Shown: one piece after another, positions 39,301 through 54,110 of the stretch
Layout of the letters: the number at the start of each line of letters is the position of its first letter
Numbering within the stretch: the stretch's first letter is position 1
Assembly: GCF_000143415.4 (NCBI RefSeq)
Contig: NW_003314357.1
Coordinates: 630,340-694,339, forward strand
Direction of reading: 5' to 3'
DNA: 64,000 bases
Source of the DNA: Selaginella moellendorffii
Lineage: Eukaryota > Plantae > Lycopodiophyta
The notes under the pieces: generated by a model
Database searches by the model: none
What the model was told of the DNA's origin: nothing
Seen by the model: the letters and a program-made list of their open reading frames with translations, nothing else
Made by a program: the position numbers and the translations under genes

Positions 39301-39753
39301 AGCTTCTCGTTGCATCTGATAGAAGACGTGCTGTCCCATGATGATCATGTTCCAGGCAACCAACGTCATGTTTATTTGTCCTCCTGAACACTTGTGATGC
39401 TTCCACATGTCCACGAGGCTACTTGCGACGAATGTATTGGCTTTGTATTCACAATTTGCGAGGTAGACCAACCTATCCTGTTCTTCGTCCCATCCTGTTG
39501 AACAACCTGTGTTGCAAGCCGCAGTGTAGACTTCGACCATACTTTCACAATTGCACTTGCTTGATTCCTGGCTTGACTCTGGAGAAACTTATCTGGCTGC
39601 TATGCCCTGCACTGCTTCTTCTCATCGAAATTGAGATTTGAGCGCCTGCAAGAACAGAAGCAAAAGTAGTACGTTACCTTTTCTCAAACCTTTCGTCTCA
39701 AGCAACTTCTCTGGTCTTTGGAGGTGCACTAACGTCTGCCTCTAGAGGATAGC

Positions 39754-40717
39754 TCAGTCAAATCGAAACTTGGTAGGTTCTTGCTCTATTTTCCAGTCCA
39801 TGTTCCGAGCCAGCTGTGCAATAACTTCCAAGTCTGGTTATGTGATCTTCACTGTCCGTGAGCAAGAGCCTGCTGTCTTCTTGCTCTGCAACTTCATCTC
39901 CTTGAAGATTGTTTGTACACAATCTTCCATGTGACAACGCATGCACTGTGCTGAGTTACGCGTCACTGCCAGTGTTGGCAGGACACTTTGAGGAGAATCC
40001 TAGAGTGCCATTGCTGTGCAAACCACGAGTGTGAGCTTCCAGCTGTTTCTTCTCAGTCGGAGGATCGTCCACCACAACTTCGATCTGCCACCCGGGATCC
40101 TGAAAGATCACATTACTGCGCTGCTTCCTTCGAGATAACATCCATCGCACGAGCAAAAAGCACGCGAGCAGCACCAAGATCGCAACCAAAACCTAGAGAA
40201 GAAACTGGAGCAGCGACCACAGCGTCCTCCGAACCACTGTAACTACTGCTGCGGGTGTTGGTGTGGCCACTGCTGCGTCGTGACCGTCGCGACGATGGTG
40301 GTGGTGGTGGTGGTGGTGGTGGTGGTTGTGGCGTCCTCCATGGTGGTGACCATGGTGATGGTGGTGAACAACCAGAGGAGCTCCATCACCGTGATGATGA
40401 TGGTACACTGCTGCTGCTGGAGCTGGATGGTGGTGGCGAGCATGATCAAGGATAGCAGGCGCTGGAGCTAGATGAGCAGGGTGGCCGTGAGCAGGGTGAA
40501 CGAAAGCAGCTGGCGCTGGGGCTCGATCTGGAGCGTCACCTTGAAGAACTGGAGCTAAAGCTGGCGCTGGCTCATGGCCTTGGTGTCCATGGTGGTGTGC
40601 TGGATGTGCTGGAGCTAGAGCTGGAGCTCGCAGGTGTGAAGCTCGGTGATGGCCGCCGTGCCAGGGCGCTTGAGCTCGGCGGGCAAGCATTGGGGCGGCG
40701 TGAGCGCGAGAGCCTAT
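39754..40717 (-). pseudogene. His-rich membrane protein gene, copy C
   Basis: First ATG mutated to ATA. TGG>TAG at 40193-40195 in the TM helix. 12-bp exon-2 deletion. Confidence 0.8.
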
Positions 40718-40854
40718 AGCTTACCTAACGAGAGCTTCTACAATAGAAAAATCCAAGCGAGAAAGATTATAACCTAACCCTTGACTTAGAAAAAATAAAC
40801 AGGTACTTTTGGCTTTGTGAAAAAAAAAATGAGTGGACACCTTGGTGGACACCT

Positions 40855-43800
40855 TCCAAATTGGTGGCCACCATTTCCTGAGTGGACACCTTAGCGTCAA
40901 CAACATTTTATTGGTGCTGCTGTAATAGAAGGTTTGGACACTGAGATGCATTTGGGAAACAAGGAGTTGCACAAGTAACAGAGGGACCTTACATAAATAA
41001 GTTAGTGACCCCTCCATATTTCTTTCGGAAGTATCATCAAGAGGTTCACTCGGCACCAATTCATCCAGTATTTATTTTCCAAGCTTATTTTTATAACAAG
41101 CAGTCTCCTATTATTTTCTCTGTGTTGGTTGATATATGTTCAAGTTTATCTTCTATTGCTTGACTTGTTGCCACATGTTGCCATCTACACTTGCATTATG
41201 TAATGGAGCCAGTTTTCATTGTTTATGGCAACGGCCATACATATGCATGTGCACGGGATGAGGTGAACCTAGTTGTGCGTGTGGGCAATCTCGAGTTTGG
41301 GTTGCAATTATTGTGGGTGGTGCCAAATCAAGCTTTTGACTTCATCCTTGGTATAGATTGGTTGCAGCGCAATCATGCCAAATATGACTTTAAGGCTTCT
41401 CCCCCTTGTTTTATATTTCTTTATATTTCATCCATTCCTCTAACTTCCGTACTCTTTGTCCCTCTACTTCTACTTCTACTTCCATTTCTTTTGTCCCCCC
41501 ATTACTTCCTCCTATGTTTCCATCTTGTTTTGCTCTTCTCTTTTCCGATCCCTTTGATATCTTTGTGTTGCAGCAGTTGACTGGCTCATGAAGAGTATTC
41601 TGATCTCTTTGAATTTGACCTATTATTTAGGGCCAACATTGCCACATGTCATCCGATTCCAACTGGGGAAGCTCGTCCAATCAAGGTTTCTGTTTGTCAT
41701 CAGTCACCCAAAGAGATCAAGATTTTTACGTGCATTAAAAGGGTGTTATTCGGAGTCCTTGGGCATGTGAACCTCATCTTGTGATGAAGCCTGATGGGAG
41801 TATTTATTTCTGCATTGACTATTGTCCGTTAAACGAAGTGACAATCCCAGATGTGTATCCTCTTCCTTACATGGCTGATCTTTTGGATCGTCTGGGGTGA
41901 AATCATTGGTTCACCAAACTAGATCTTACTTCTGGTTATTGGCAAGTACTAATGGCCGAAGAAAATATTCCTAAAACTACTTTTTGTACATTATTTGGTT
42001 TGTACGAGTTCTTGGTGATGCCGTTTGGTTTGAACAATGCTCTTGGAACTTTTCAGTGGATGATGGATGAGGTTCTTTGCGATATGTTGGAGATAACTAC
42101 TGACTTCATTGATGATGTCTTGATCCACTCGGAGGGGACGTGGGAAGAGCACATTCATGATGTTTGTAAAATGTTGGATCAACTATGGGATGTTGATTTA
42201 AAGTTGAAGCGGTCGAAGTGCGTGTTTGGGTCCAAAGACATGACTTATCTTGGGTACCATATTTCTCGTAAGGGTTTACAAGTTGATCATGAAAAACTTG
42301 TGGCTATCCTAAAGTTCCTTATTCCAAAGTGTGTAAATGATGTAGCGCTTCCTGGGCAAGGTGTCGTTTTGTGGATCATCTTTTTGATCTCACTACACCA
42401 TTGCGAGCGTTGTTGAAGTCATCAATGTCATCTTTCATCTAGTCTTTGGATTGTGAGCAAGCGTATGTGGATCTCAAAGAGATATTGACAACTCCTCCGG
42501 TTTTGGCATATCCTAACTACACTCGACCTTTTATTTTGCACATGGATGTTTTTGATATTAGTCCTAGAAGTGTGTTGATGCAAAAGAGCCCAAATGTGCT
42601 TGGTCAGCACCATCCTATTGTATATATAAGCCGTACATTACAACTAGCAGAGGTGAACTACTCCACGACAGAGAAAGAGTGTTTCGCAGTAATGTAGGGT
42701 TTCGAGAAACTTCATGCATATTTATATGGTTCTCAAATGTTACTTAAAAGTGATCATGCTACCGTTACTTCATTATTGAAGCGGAAGAACCTGGTTGATT
42801 ATACTGCTCAGTGGGCTTTGAAGCTTCAGATATTTGATTTTGATGTTGTTCATCACCTAAGGAATTCTATGGCTAATGTTGATGCCCTTTCTTGAGCTCT
42901 TCTTTCTTCTTCTCTTTCTTCTCATGTTTCTAACAAGCCTATTATTCCAACATTTGTGAATTTTCTAGATGAGGATTTTGTGCCGTTGGCAGTTGCTGTA
43001 CTTGACATTCAATATCCACAAGGTGTAGAACAAGATTTACTTTCTTTTAATGAGGTTCGTAAAGCTCAAAAGATTGAGCTGTGGATTCAAATGCTTTAAG
43101 ATGGGTTTGAGAATCTTGCATCACTTGCTGATAACTTGCCATTCTGGCATTTACATTCTCAATATCGCCTTAAAGATGGCCTTCTTTATTTTGTGGGGAC
43201 AAATCCTAATAATCCTTTACGGCTGGTGGTGCCTTCTGTCTTTATTCTATAGTTTCCCCATGCCTACCATGATTCTTCTGTTCTAGACAAGCATATGGAA
43301 TATCGTTGTGTGATTGAAAAGTTGCACAGGTCTTTCTATTGGCTGGAGATGCAACGTGACGTTATCCAGTATGTGCGTAACTATATTTGGTGCCAAGCCC
43401 ATAATACTCTCCCTCGTGCCTTGGAAAGACAATTGGAGTCAATTGCAAATTTTCTTTTGTTTAAGTTGGTGGCATTTGATCTTATAAAACCTTTTCTTCA
43501 ATCGATTATTGGCAATGAGTATGTTATTATTGCTTTTGACTACTTGACTCATTAGGTGGAAGTTGGTGCTCTTGCTAGTGCCTTTGCAACTGCTATTGAA
43601 TACTTCTTCCTCAATTGAGTGGTGTTCTAGCATTCTTGTCTAGAGCGGATTCTTTTGAACAATGGTCCCGTATTTATAGCTGAGGCATTTCATGTTTTAA
43701 CATCTCAGTTTGGGATACGCCACACTTTCATGAATGCTTATTATCCATAATTAGACGGTTTGGTGGAATGGCTCATTCGGACGTTCAAAGGGATGATTGC

Positions 43801-44607
43801 AAAGTACGTGAACTTTCAACATTCGAATTGGGATGGTTATTTACCTTCTCTTTGGTATGCATATGTCACAAGGGTGTAGAGTTCTATTGTTGCTTCATCA
43901 TATAAACTTCTATGTGGTCATGATATAATATTACCAATAGAGCTGGGTTTACCTTTGCAATTGTCATGAGCTACCGATGCTAAATTGTGGGATTAGTATT
44001 TGACGAGCATTCTTCCACTTGTTTGAGTGGAGTCTACCAAACACTTAGGCTGCATACAAGTGGGATAACAATAGTGCTACAAGTCCCATCATCGTCCGCA
44101 TACGGAGTACAAAGTGAATGATATGGTGTTAGTCCATTTTCCCCATCTTACAGTATGTGGTTTATTTAAAGGGGTCCTTGCTCAGTGGAAAGGACCATAT
44201 TGAGTGTTGCAGCAAGTTGGACCACAAATTTATGAGGTTTGGCATGACATCCAATAGGCAAATCTTCCAAAAATTGTGTATATACAACGGTTAAAACGCT
44301 TCATATAAAAAGATCAGAAACAATTAATACCACCTATAGATCTGCCAATGCCTCCTCCTGACATTCCTCTAGATCCAACCCATCTACAAAAGAACCCTGA
44401 TGGTCTTCCATTATTCCGAGAGGAGGGATGATGTGAGGTCTAAGTCCAAGTGTACGGCTATGATGTTGTATATTAATATTAGTGTAGTGAGATTTTAGTA
44501 GCCATCGGATTAGTTTCAATCCAGACCACTTGTTTCTATATATAAACTAGGTTTTTTGGGCTAATGCATATTTTTCGTATTCTCTTTCCATATTCCATAC
44601 ACTCACA
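40855..44607 (+). mobile_element. Ty3/Gypsy element, 5'-deleted, 3' LTR present
   Basis: PR-RT-RH-INT remnants, PPT at ~44418-44428, and 3' LTR 44432-44607 followed by ATCT (TSD). Confidence 0.9.
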
Positions 44608-46780
44608 ATCTGAAATTTTAAAGGTTTTTATTTCTGACCTAATTTAAATAATAAATTAACTATATTTAGTATTACTAAATATATAATTATTACTATAAAA
44701 TCCTAATTTATATATTAATCTTTATTTATAAATATATCAAATTAAATTACAATACTAATAACTAGTTCTTTTCCAAAGTCTTTGATTCTTCTAACCATGC
44801 ATTTGTAATGTTAAGGAACATTAATTTCTTGAGAAAAGTGAGATTGTTATTATAATTGTAAAGTTTTCATTTCAAATTTAAAGCTTGTTTCAACAAAAGC
44901 ATAAAGCTCCAAATTCATCAATTTCACCCAAATAACCAAATATATGGTATATCTTTTGGTTTTTGAATAATTGACCATGTGTGCAGAACTTTCGTAGGGC
45001 ATAACCATATGAATTGATCACATTGTTCTGGAGGATTGCCATATTGTTTTCATCTACAAAAACAATCAGCTAGAGTGCGTAAAGTTCATATAATAATTTG
45101 CCTACCACATAATATTCCTCCAATCCAAAAAAAATATTTGACTGTAGAACTTGCTCTAGGTTGACATATAGCTCACTAAATCTTATGAATATTTTATTCT
45201 TTGACATAAAAGTAGCTAGGCTTTTAATTGCTCAAAAGTATTGGTCCTTTATGTTCTATAGTTACATACTCATGTTTGGGATGGTACAAATTTCTCAATT
45301 GCTTGGGCTTACTTATTGTTTTCTTCTGAGAGTTTTAAGGTTCTTAATTGGTTTTATTGTAAATTAAATTCCAATAGCATTTAAAGTTGATCCCATCACT
45401 TTGTGAGGTTGTGACCAAGAGGTTGTGTCAATGTTATAGTAAATAAGCATTCCAAAAAATCTTTAAAATTATATGTATTTTATTATAACTTAGCCTTTTA
45501 TATAAGAGTGCATAAAGGTCTATTGTAAGATAGAGGTGAGCAAGAAAGTTTTATATTAAAATATGCATTTAGAGCAAATTTTTTTCAATAGTGGGTAGCA
45601 AGTATTTTAAAACTCATTTAATAAAGAAAGAGAATTAATAAAGAAATCAAACTTGTATTCTCTATAAACATTACCTTCAACCCACTAAAATGTATAAACT
45701 TGTATTACTTGTTTAAATTTTCTAAAGTGTTTGTACTTTTTAAACTCTAGCACAATCAGTTGTGCTTATCATGGTATTCACCTTGAATGCATTTTTCTAT
45801 ATGTTCATGTAACTCTACTCTTGATAGAGAAGGCAATTCCACTTTCAGATAATTAAAATTTTATTTTTGGAACCATTACATATAATTCTAATGCCTAAAC
45901 AATTTTTTTATGCTTCATTACTCATGAAACTGTAAAGCATTTGTGGTGTTGAAAATTTTATTCCAACATGATATACGTTGTTCAAAAAAGAACTTAAAAT
46001 AGCATTTCTCTTAAATAACTATTACCATCAAGGATTATGCTCTATATAAAAGGATTTTTTAATAAAGAGAACTTAAATAAAGGAGTTCACAAAAATATTT
46101 TTATACACTAAAGAATATTTTATTGAGGTTTTAGCTGTAATATTTTTATTAAACAGGTATTTTAAAAATAGTAATTTAAGTATCTAATCTTTATTGGCAA
46201 TAGTTTTTATTTGATAGAGGCTTTGCATTATCACCTAATTTAGAGAAACAATTATTATTTTTATATCTAATAATTAGTACTTATACTAATTATTAACGAT
46301 ATATATCTATAATATGCTTTTATTAAATTTTTAGTGTAATTATAAGAAATGCGCTATATTTTTTTCACTGTCATTTATATAAAATTTATTTTAATTTCAA
46401 ATGCAATATCAATATCTATTTTTTTCACCTCATATTGAGATGTTATAATGAATGCAAAGTTTAACACTTGGATCCATCCTATGCAAAGGATAAAATACTC
46501 TAGAATTTTAGCATTTAAAGAATTATGTGTAATTGCAACTTTGTTGTAAAGCTTTCTATTTACAATGTCACTTCCATAAATGAGAATCATATACTTGTGA
46601 TGATGGTCTTGCTACTTAACCTTGATCTTTTACTTTTAATTATAATGCCTTTGAGTATGATTTCTTTGCTTCCTTTGACCAAATATTTGTAATCTCATAT
46701 ATTTGTTGTTTCTCGTCTACTAATATGAAATCAAGAAAGATTTAAAGAACTTGAATTGTAATTATAAAGTTTGTATATAT

Positions 46781-49700
46781 GTACAGGGCATGGTTGAAAG
46801 AAGAATATAACATCTAATCTACAATAAAATCTTGGAGAAAATTAAGTCCCATATACACTAATGAAAAAAGTTCTATATACTAATGTAAATACATTTGTGA
46901 ATAGGCTTGTACAGATTTAAAGTGACCAAACACTATAAATCTATAATTGGTTTGCTTAAGCAAACCTGTAGCAGTATTGACTATATTTAAATATGCTTGG
47001 AGATTCTAGGATATTTTAATAGCTAATAGTTGTTGTTCATTTAGATTAATCTTTTTATTATATTAAACACTTTCTAGTATATTCTTGTTTATTCTACTAT
47101 TGATATGGAATAATATCACCATGGTGTGCCACTTAAGATCCTTTTGCGTCTTTTCAGGTGCCATCTTTGTTTGGGTTTTATGGACAGCTCCATCAACCTT
47201 GCATCACACTCTTTCCTTGCAAAGTTTACCAACCTCCCGAGATAAGCTTTTCTCTCATTGAGCAAGCATGCTGAGTAGTGGATTCCATCCAGATTTCTCT
47301 CCCAGATTTGTGAGTGGAGCCTCTTCTCTGCTAAGTCGCTGTGTGCCTTGAGCGCCACCATGAAAGTCTGAGCGTTTGGCTGCTGGCTTGCTCATAGCAC
47401 TCAAGAGAAAAGGCTGTTCTCAGCATATCCCAGGAAACGATGTTTTGCTACTCCATGCAAAGTCTCAGCGTTTGGAGGCAGGCCAACTTCTCGTTGCATC
47501 TGATAGAAGACGTGCTGTCCCATGATGATCGTGTTCCAGGCAACCAACGTCATGTTTATTTGTCCTCCTGAACACTTGTGATGCTTCCACATGTCCACGA
47601 GGCTGCTTGCGACGAATGCATCGGCTTTGTATTCACAATTTGCGAGGAAAACCAACCTATCCTGTTCTTCGTCCCATCCTGTTGAACAACCTGTGTTGCA
47701 AGCTGCAGTGTAGACTTCGACCATACTTTCACAAGTGCACTTGCTTGATTCCCGGCTTGACTCTGGAGAAACTTATCTGGCTGCTATGCCCTGCACTGCG
47801 TCTTCTCATCGAAGTTGAGCTTTGAGCGCCTGCAAGAACAGAGAGAAAAAGTAGTACGTTACCTTTTCTCAAACCTTTCGTCTCAAACAACTTCTCTGGC
47901 CTTTGGAGGTGCACTGACGTCTTCTCCCCCGTCACTCTAGAGGATAGCTCAGTCAAATCGAAACTTGGTAGGTTCTTGCTCTATTTTCCAGTCCATGTTC
48001 CGAGCCAGCTGTGCAATAACCTCCAAGTCTGGTTATGTGATCTTCACTGTCCGTGAGCAAGAGCCTGCTGTCTTCTTGCTCTGCAACTTCATCTCCTTGA
48101 AGATTGTTTGTACACAATCTTCCATGTGACAACGCATGCACTGTGCTGAGTTACGCGTCACTGCCAGTGTTGGCAGGACACTTTGAGGAGAATCCTAGAG
48201 TGCCATTGCTGTGCAAACCACGAGTGTGAGCTTCCAGCTGTTTCTTCTCAGTCGGAGGATCGTCCACCACAACTTCGATCTGCCACCCGGGATCCTGAAA
48301 GATCACATTACTGCGCTGCTTCCTTCGAGATAACATCCATCGCACGAGCAAAAAGCACGCGAGCAGCACCAAGATTGCAACCAAAACCCAGAGAAGAAAC
48401 TGGAGCAGCGACCACGGCGTCCTCCGAACCACTGTAACTACTGCTGCGGGTGTTGGTGTGGCCACTGCTGCGTCGTGACCGTCGCGACGATGGTGGTGGT
48501 GGTGGTGGTGGTGGTGGTGGTGGTTGTGGCGTCCTCCATGGTGGTGACCATGGTGGTGACCATGGTGATGGTGGTGAACAACCAGAGGAGCTCCATCACC
48601 GTGATGACGATGGTACACTGCTGCTGCTGGAGCTGGATGGTGGTGGCGAGCATGATCGAGGATAGCAGGCGTTGGAGCTAGATGAGCAGGGTGGCCATGA
48701 GCAGGGTGAACGAAAGCAGCTGGCGCTGGGGCTCGATCTGGAGCGTCACCTTGAAGAACTGGAGCTAAAGCTGGCGCTGGCTCGTGGCCTTGGTGTCCAT
48801 GGTGGTGTGCTGGATGTGCTGGAGCTGCGGGTGTGAAGCTCGGTGATGGCCGCCATGCCAGGGCGCTTGAGCTCGGCGGGCAAGCATTGGGGCAGCGTGA
48901 GTGTGAGAGACCATAGCTTACCTGACGAGAGCTTCGACAATAGAAAAATCCAAGCGAGAAAGATTATAACCTAACCCTTGACTTAGAAAAAATAAAGAGG
49001 TACTTTTGGCTTTGTGAAAAAAAAAAACGAGTGGACTCGAGAGCTGGTGACGCTGTGGATTGTCAGCAAGGGTGCCATCGGGCTTGAGCATGCCAAAGAG
49101 CCCAAACCTAGATGTGAACAGTGATTTAATCTCACAATCACGAAATGCTCTAGGTACAAATATTTCAAAAAGAGAAAACAACTTTAATTTGATGGAAACT
49201 TCGTTTTAAGCTCAATCCTAATGTAGTGAATAAAACTTTTTTACTCGCTTTTCAAACCTCTGGAAACTTGGCACTCATTGAATGCGAGTCATGGAGCTCA
49301 TGGAGACAAAAGCCATCAGCGTGCACAAACTACTTCTTTTTGCAAAAAAGTGGGAAAAAAGAACACAAGATAAATATCTATGAACACCAGTAAAGGTCAA
49401 CACCAGTAAAATTGCTCAAAACCCCTAGAACGATCCAATAATTGAACATATTTGGAGATGCTGGGTATCGATCCCGGTAATCTTTTCTCTTCACCATTCT
49501 AATACTCATCCTTGGAGATTCTGGCATCTTTTGTTGCATTTCAAGAGCCGTTTGAGTGATGAGCTTTGGAAAGACCACCATCTCCAGCAGGTTTCTATAG
49601 GCAAGCATCTGCATCTGCAGGCAACCATGAAGAATGTTACTAATGCTTATATAATAGTAATAGTATTCACAAGGGAGGACGAAAAGAGAGTGTTATTCAA

Positions 49701-52433
49701 GAGGATGAGTAAAGAAATTGGTAAAACCAACAGAATATAAATCAATTATATGATCTTCAGTAGCAATCAAATAGTATAAACACTAATATTATTTGGTATT
49801 TTGGTTTGCTAGTAAACATATTTAGCTACATAATTGTATAGCTAAAAGTCTTTTATAATGAGTAGCTCTTTTTTCTTACAAAATTTCAAAATTGGAAACA
49901 TCACCTTTACATTCTTTCAAAGTTTAAATGCATTTGCTTTTGGTCTCTCATAGCCTCTGAACAAACAAATAGAGATATTGGGCACGCTTGATTAATTCAA
50001 AGAAACTAATTATTAAAAGATTACTAGGTGATGGAACTTGTAAGTTATAACAAGGAAATCAAGGAGTCATTTTAAAAATATTTTGGTACAGTAAACAATG
50101 TTTTCTTAATGTTTTAGTGGCAAACAGATATTTTAAATAAAATAGTAATTTAAATAATATCTAGATCTGAAATTTTAGAGGTTTTTATTTCTGACCTAAT
50201 TTGAACAATAAATTCACAATATTTAGTATTACTAAATATAAAATTATTACTATAAAATCCTAATTTATTTATAAATATATCAAATTCAAATAGAATTCTA
50301 ATAACTAGTTCTTTTCCAATATCTTTGATTCCTTTGACCATGCATTTGTAATGTTAAGGAACATTAATTTCTTGAGAAAAGTGAGATTGTTATTATATTT
50401 GTAAAGTGTTCATTTCAAATTTAAATCCTGTTTCAACAAAAGCATAAAGCTTCAAATTCATTAATTTCACCCAAATAACCAAATATATGGTATATCTTTT
50501 GGTTTTTGGATAATAGACATTGCACAGACCATGTGTGGAGAACCTTCATAGGACATAACCATATAAATTGATCACATTGTTCTGGAGGATTCCTATGTTG
50601 TTTTCATCTACAAAAACAATTTGTTAGAGTGTGTAAAGTTCATATAATAATTTGCTTACCACATAATATTTCTCCAATCCAAACCAAATATTTGGCTGTA
50701 GAACCTACTCTAGGTTGACATATAGCTCACTAAATCTCATGAATATTTTGTTTTTTGACTTAGAAGTAGCTAGGCTTTTAATTGCTCAAAAACATTGGTC
50801 CTTTGTGTTCTATAGTTACATACTCATGCTTGGGATGGTGCAAGTTTTTAGATTGCATGGGCTCACTTACTCATTGTTTTCTTTTGATAGTTTTAAGGTT
50901 TTCAATTGGTTTTATTGCAAATTAATTTCCAACAGCATTTAAAGTTGATCCCATCACTTTGTGAGGTTGTGAGCAAGAGGTTGTGTCAATATTGTAGTAA
51001 ATAAACATTCCACCAAATCCTTAAAATTATATGTATTTTATTATAACTTAGCCTTTTATATAAGAGTGCATAAAAGTCTATTGTAAGATAGAGATGACCA
51101 AATCATTCTAGAAAGTTTCATATTAAAATATACATTTAGAGCAACTTGTTTTTGATAGTGGGTAGCAAGTATTTTAAAACTCATTTAATAAAGAAAGAGA
51201 ATTAATAAAAAAATCAATGCTAGTAGTTCTTGATTTGAGAAATAATTAAAGTCTTTAAATGTAGAAAATGACTAAACCACCATGCTAACTAAGTCTGTAG
51301 TTCTAAACTTGTATTCCATGTAAATATTACCTTCAACCCACTAAAATGTATGAACTTGTATTACTTGTTTAAAGTTTTTAAAGTGTTTGTACATTTTAAA
51401 CTCTAGCACAACCAGTTATGCTTATCATGGTATTCAACTTGAATGCATTTTTTTATGCGTTCATGTAACTCTACTCTTAAAAAAGAAGGCAACTCCTCTC
51501 TCAGATGATTAAAACTTTATTTATGCCACCATTATAGATAATCCTCCTTAATGTTTTTGTGCATCATTACTCATGAAACTATAAAGCATTTGTGGTGTTG
51601 AAAATTTTATTTCAACTTGGTATGTGTTGTTCAAAATAGAACTTAAAATGACATTTCTCTCAAATAACTATCATCATCAAGGATTATGCTCTATATAAAA
51701 TGATTTTCTAATAAAGAGAACTTAAATAAAGGAGTTCACAAAAATAATTTTATACACTAAAAAATATTCTTTTAATATTTTAGCTGTAATATTTTTATTA
51801 AACAACTATTTTAAATATCTTAAATTATTTAAAATATCTAATCTTTGTCGGCAATAGTTGCTATTTGATCACCTAATTTAGAGAAACAATTATTATTTTT
51901 AATATTTAATATTTATTACATATACTAATTTTTAAAATTATATATATATATATATATATATATTATGTTTTCATTAGCTTTTTAGTGTAATTACAAGAAA
52001 TGCCCTATATTGTTTTCAATGCAATTTATAGATAAGATTTATTTTAATTTCAAATACAATATCAATATCTATATTTTCACCTCATATTCAGATGTTATAA
52101 TGAATCCAAAGTTTAACACTTGGATTCATCCTATGTAAAGGATGAAATTCTTTATAATTTTAACATTTAAAGAATTATGTGTAATTGCAACTTTGTTGTA
52201 AAGTTTTCTATTTACAATGTCACTTCCATAACTAAGAATCATATACTCATAATGATGGTATTGTTGCTTGATGTTGATCTTTTACTTTTAACTATAATGC
52301 CTTTGAGTATGTTGTTTTTGCTTCCTTTGACCAAATATTTGTAATCTTCATATATTTGTTGTTTCTCGTCTACTAATATGAAATCAAGAAAGATTTAGAA
52401 AACTTGAATTGTAATTATAAAGTTTGTATATAT
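46781..52433 (-). repeat. Composite unit monomer D (~5.65 kb) without the LTR insertion
   Basis: Landmark GTACAGGGCATGGTTGAAAG recurs at 38590, 46781 and 52434. Contains the PPR remnant, the His-rich gene, a tRNA 3' remnant (49453-49477), the empty insertion site (50165-50168) and the AT-rich block. Confidence 0.8.
47949..48914 (-). pseudogene. His-rich membrane protein gene, copy D
   Basis: 13-bp deletion near 48827 causes a frameshift; also has the 12-bp exon-2 deletion. Confidence 0.8.
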
Positions 52434-53538
52434 GTACAGGGCATGGTTGAAAGAAGAATATAACATCTAATCTACAATAAAATCTTGGAGAAAATTAAGT
52501 CCCATATATACTAATGAAAAACATTCTATATACTAATGTAAATACATTTGTGAATAGGTTTGTATAGATTTAAAGTCCATGCACTCCTAGGGCTCCATGG
52601 CTGCTCTGCTCGGATGGGGTTGTGTGGGCATTCCCATGAGAGTCTGTGCGTCTGTAAGCTCCTAGAGGAGGTAATAGGGGCGTGTAGAATGGTAGTCGGG
52701 CACACAATCCAGGTTCCTCTCGGGATCAACTCAAGACTGTGAGAAGCAAATTGGCTCATCTCCAACTCAGCAAAGCTTTGATCCCTGTTCACCACTGCCT
52801 CAAGAGCTCTATAGCTTTGGCCTACAGAAAAGCAATTATCAAGGACACTCCCTATTCATCCCTGGATTCTCTCGAGGAATCCCTTGCTGCTGGGCCTGGT
52901 GAGGGATTGTTGTTTCAGCACATGCTCAGGATCAACTCCGTTGTAGGAACCAGGTATTTCGAGTTGATGTAGGGCTGTCGAGTTACTGTGCCAGCCAACA
53001 CTACTCCTGAAGTTTTGGAAATCTGACACGGCACTAATGTCTGGGTTCTCTCGAAAGAGAAAGAGGCGCCACCACAAGAATCACCTAGTTTAGCTTCGTT
53101 TTTAGATTGAGGTAAGTTGTAAGTTTGGATATCTTTGTATTCTATGATAAGATTTTTTTTCCGTCTGATACTACTTCTGTCAAATCTAAAATTTAGTTCC
53201 AGTTTCCAAGATTCTGAGGGCTGGTTTCAACAATGCGTGCTTATGGGCTTTCTCAGGTGTTTGGGATGCTGTGCCAGGTAACCTGATGCTGGCGTAGGAA
53301 CAACAGTTGGGCTGCAGCTCAAAATTGCAAAGCTGTGGATTATGAGGCAAAGATTGGTAAACACAACATTGGAGTTATTATGTTGTTCTTGAGTGTGTTT
53401 CGCAAAAGTCTAATATTTCCCTTTCAGATCATTACATAGTTGTGAATTTTATATATTTCCAACTGTAGTCTGCATTTCTATTCTGCATAAACTTGTATAC
53501 AAACTCAATTAAAAAAATATATATATATAAGCTTCAAA

Positions 53539-54110
53539 TCTATAATCAAACTGACTGAAAATGCCTCGCCTCCGCCATCTTTTGAGAGCCATACGACATA
53601 GTAAACAATCTAATGGAGATTTAGATGGCTCTTAAACTATGATTGATCATGATACACATACTATAGCTGTTCAAAATAATCATGATAATGATTCTATACA
53701 CCATAATATTAAAATTGGAGGTAATATAACTTGGTTATTCTGGCAACACATTGAAGAGTTTTCATCTTTAAAATGCAATGCATTACAAAAAGTACAAGCA
53801 AATGATAAACTACCCATATTAAAATCTATAATGTTAAAGTCATTATAAATGCTATGGTGGTATTCATGGGTGGGAGTGGTGGGTTTAATATTGCTTGATA
53901 TATGTAATCATAATAATGACATGCATGTAAGGTTCCAGATGCTTCTGACTGTCCAACTGAATGGTGTATATCATCATTATCATGATCACCTTTACCATTT
54001 GATATTAGACACTGCTCTTGCTTTTGCATCTATGTCTTCTAATATTGATATTGTAAAAGGTCATGGTCCTTATAGCTTTAAACTCCATGGTCAAATATAT
54101 CATAATATTG
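53539..54110 (+). mobile_element. Helitron 5' end and Rep N-terminal remnant
   Basis: A|TCTATAAT candidate 5' terminus at 53539 and ATG at 53561. Motif ALAFASM..GPYSFKLHGQIYHNI is typical of the Helitron RepHel N-terminus. Confidence 0.7.
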
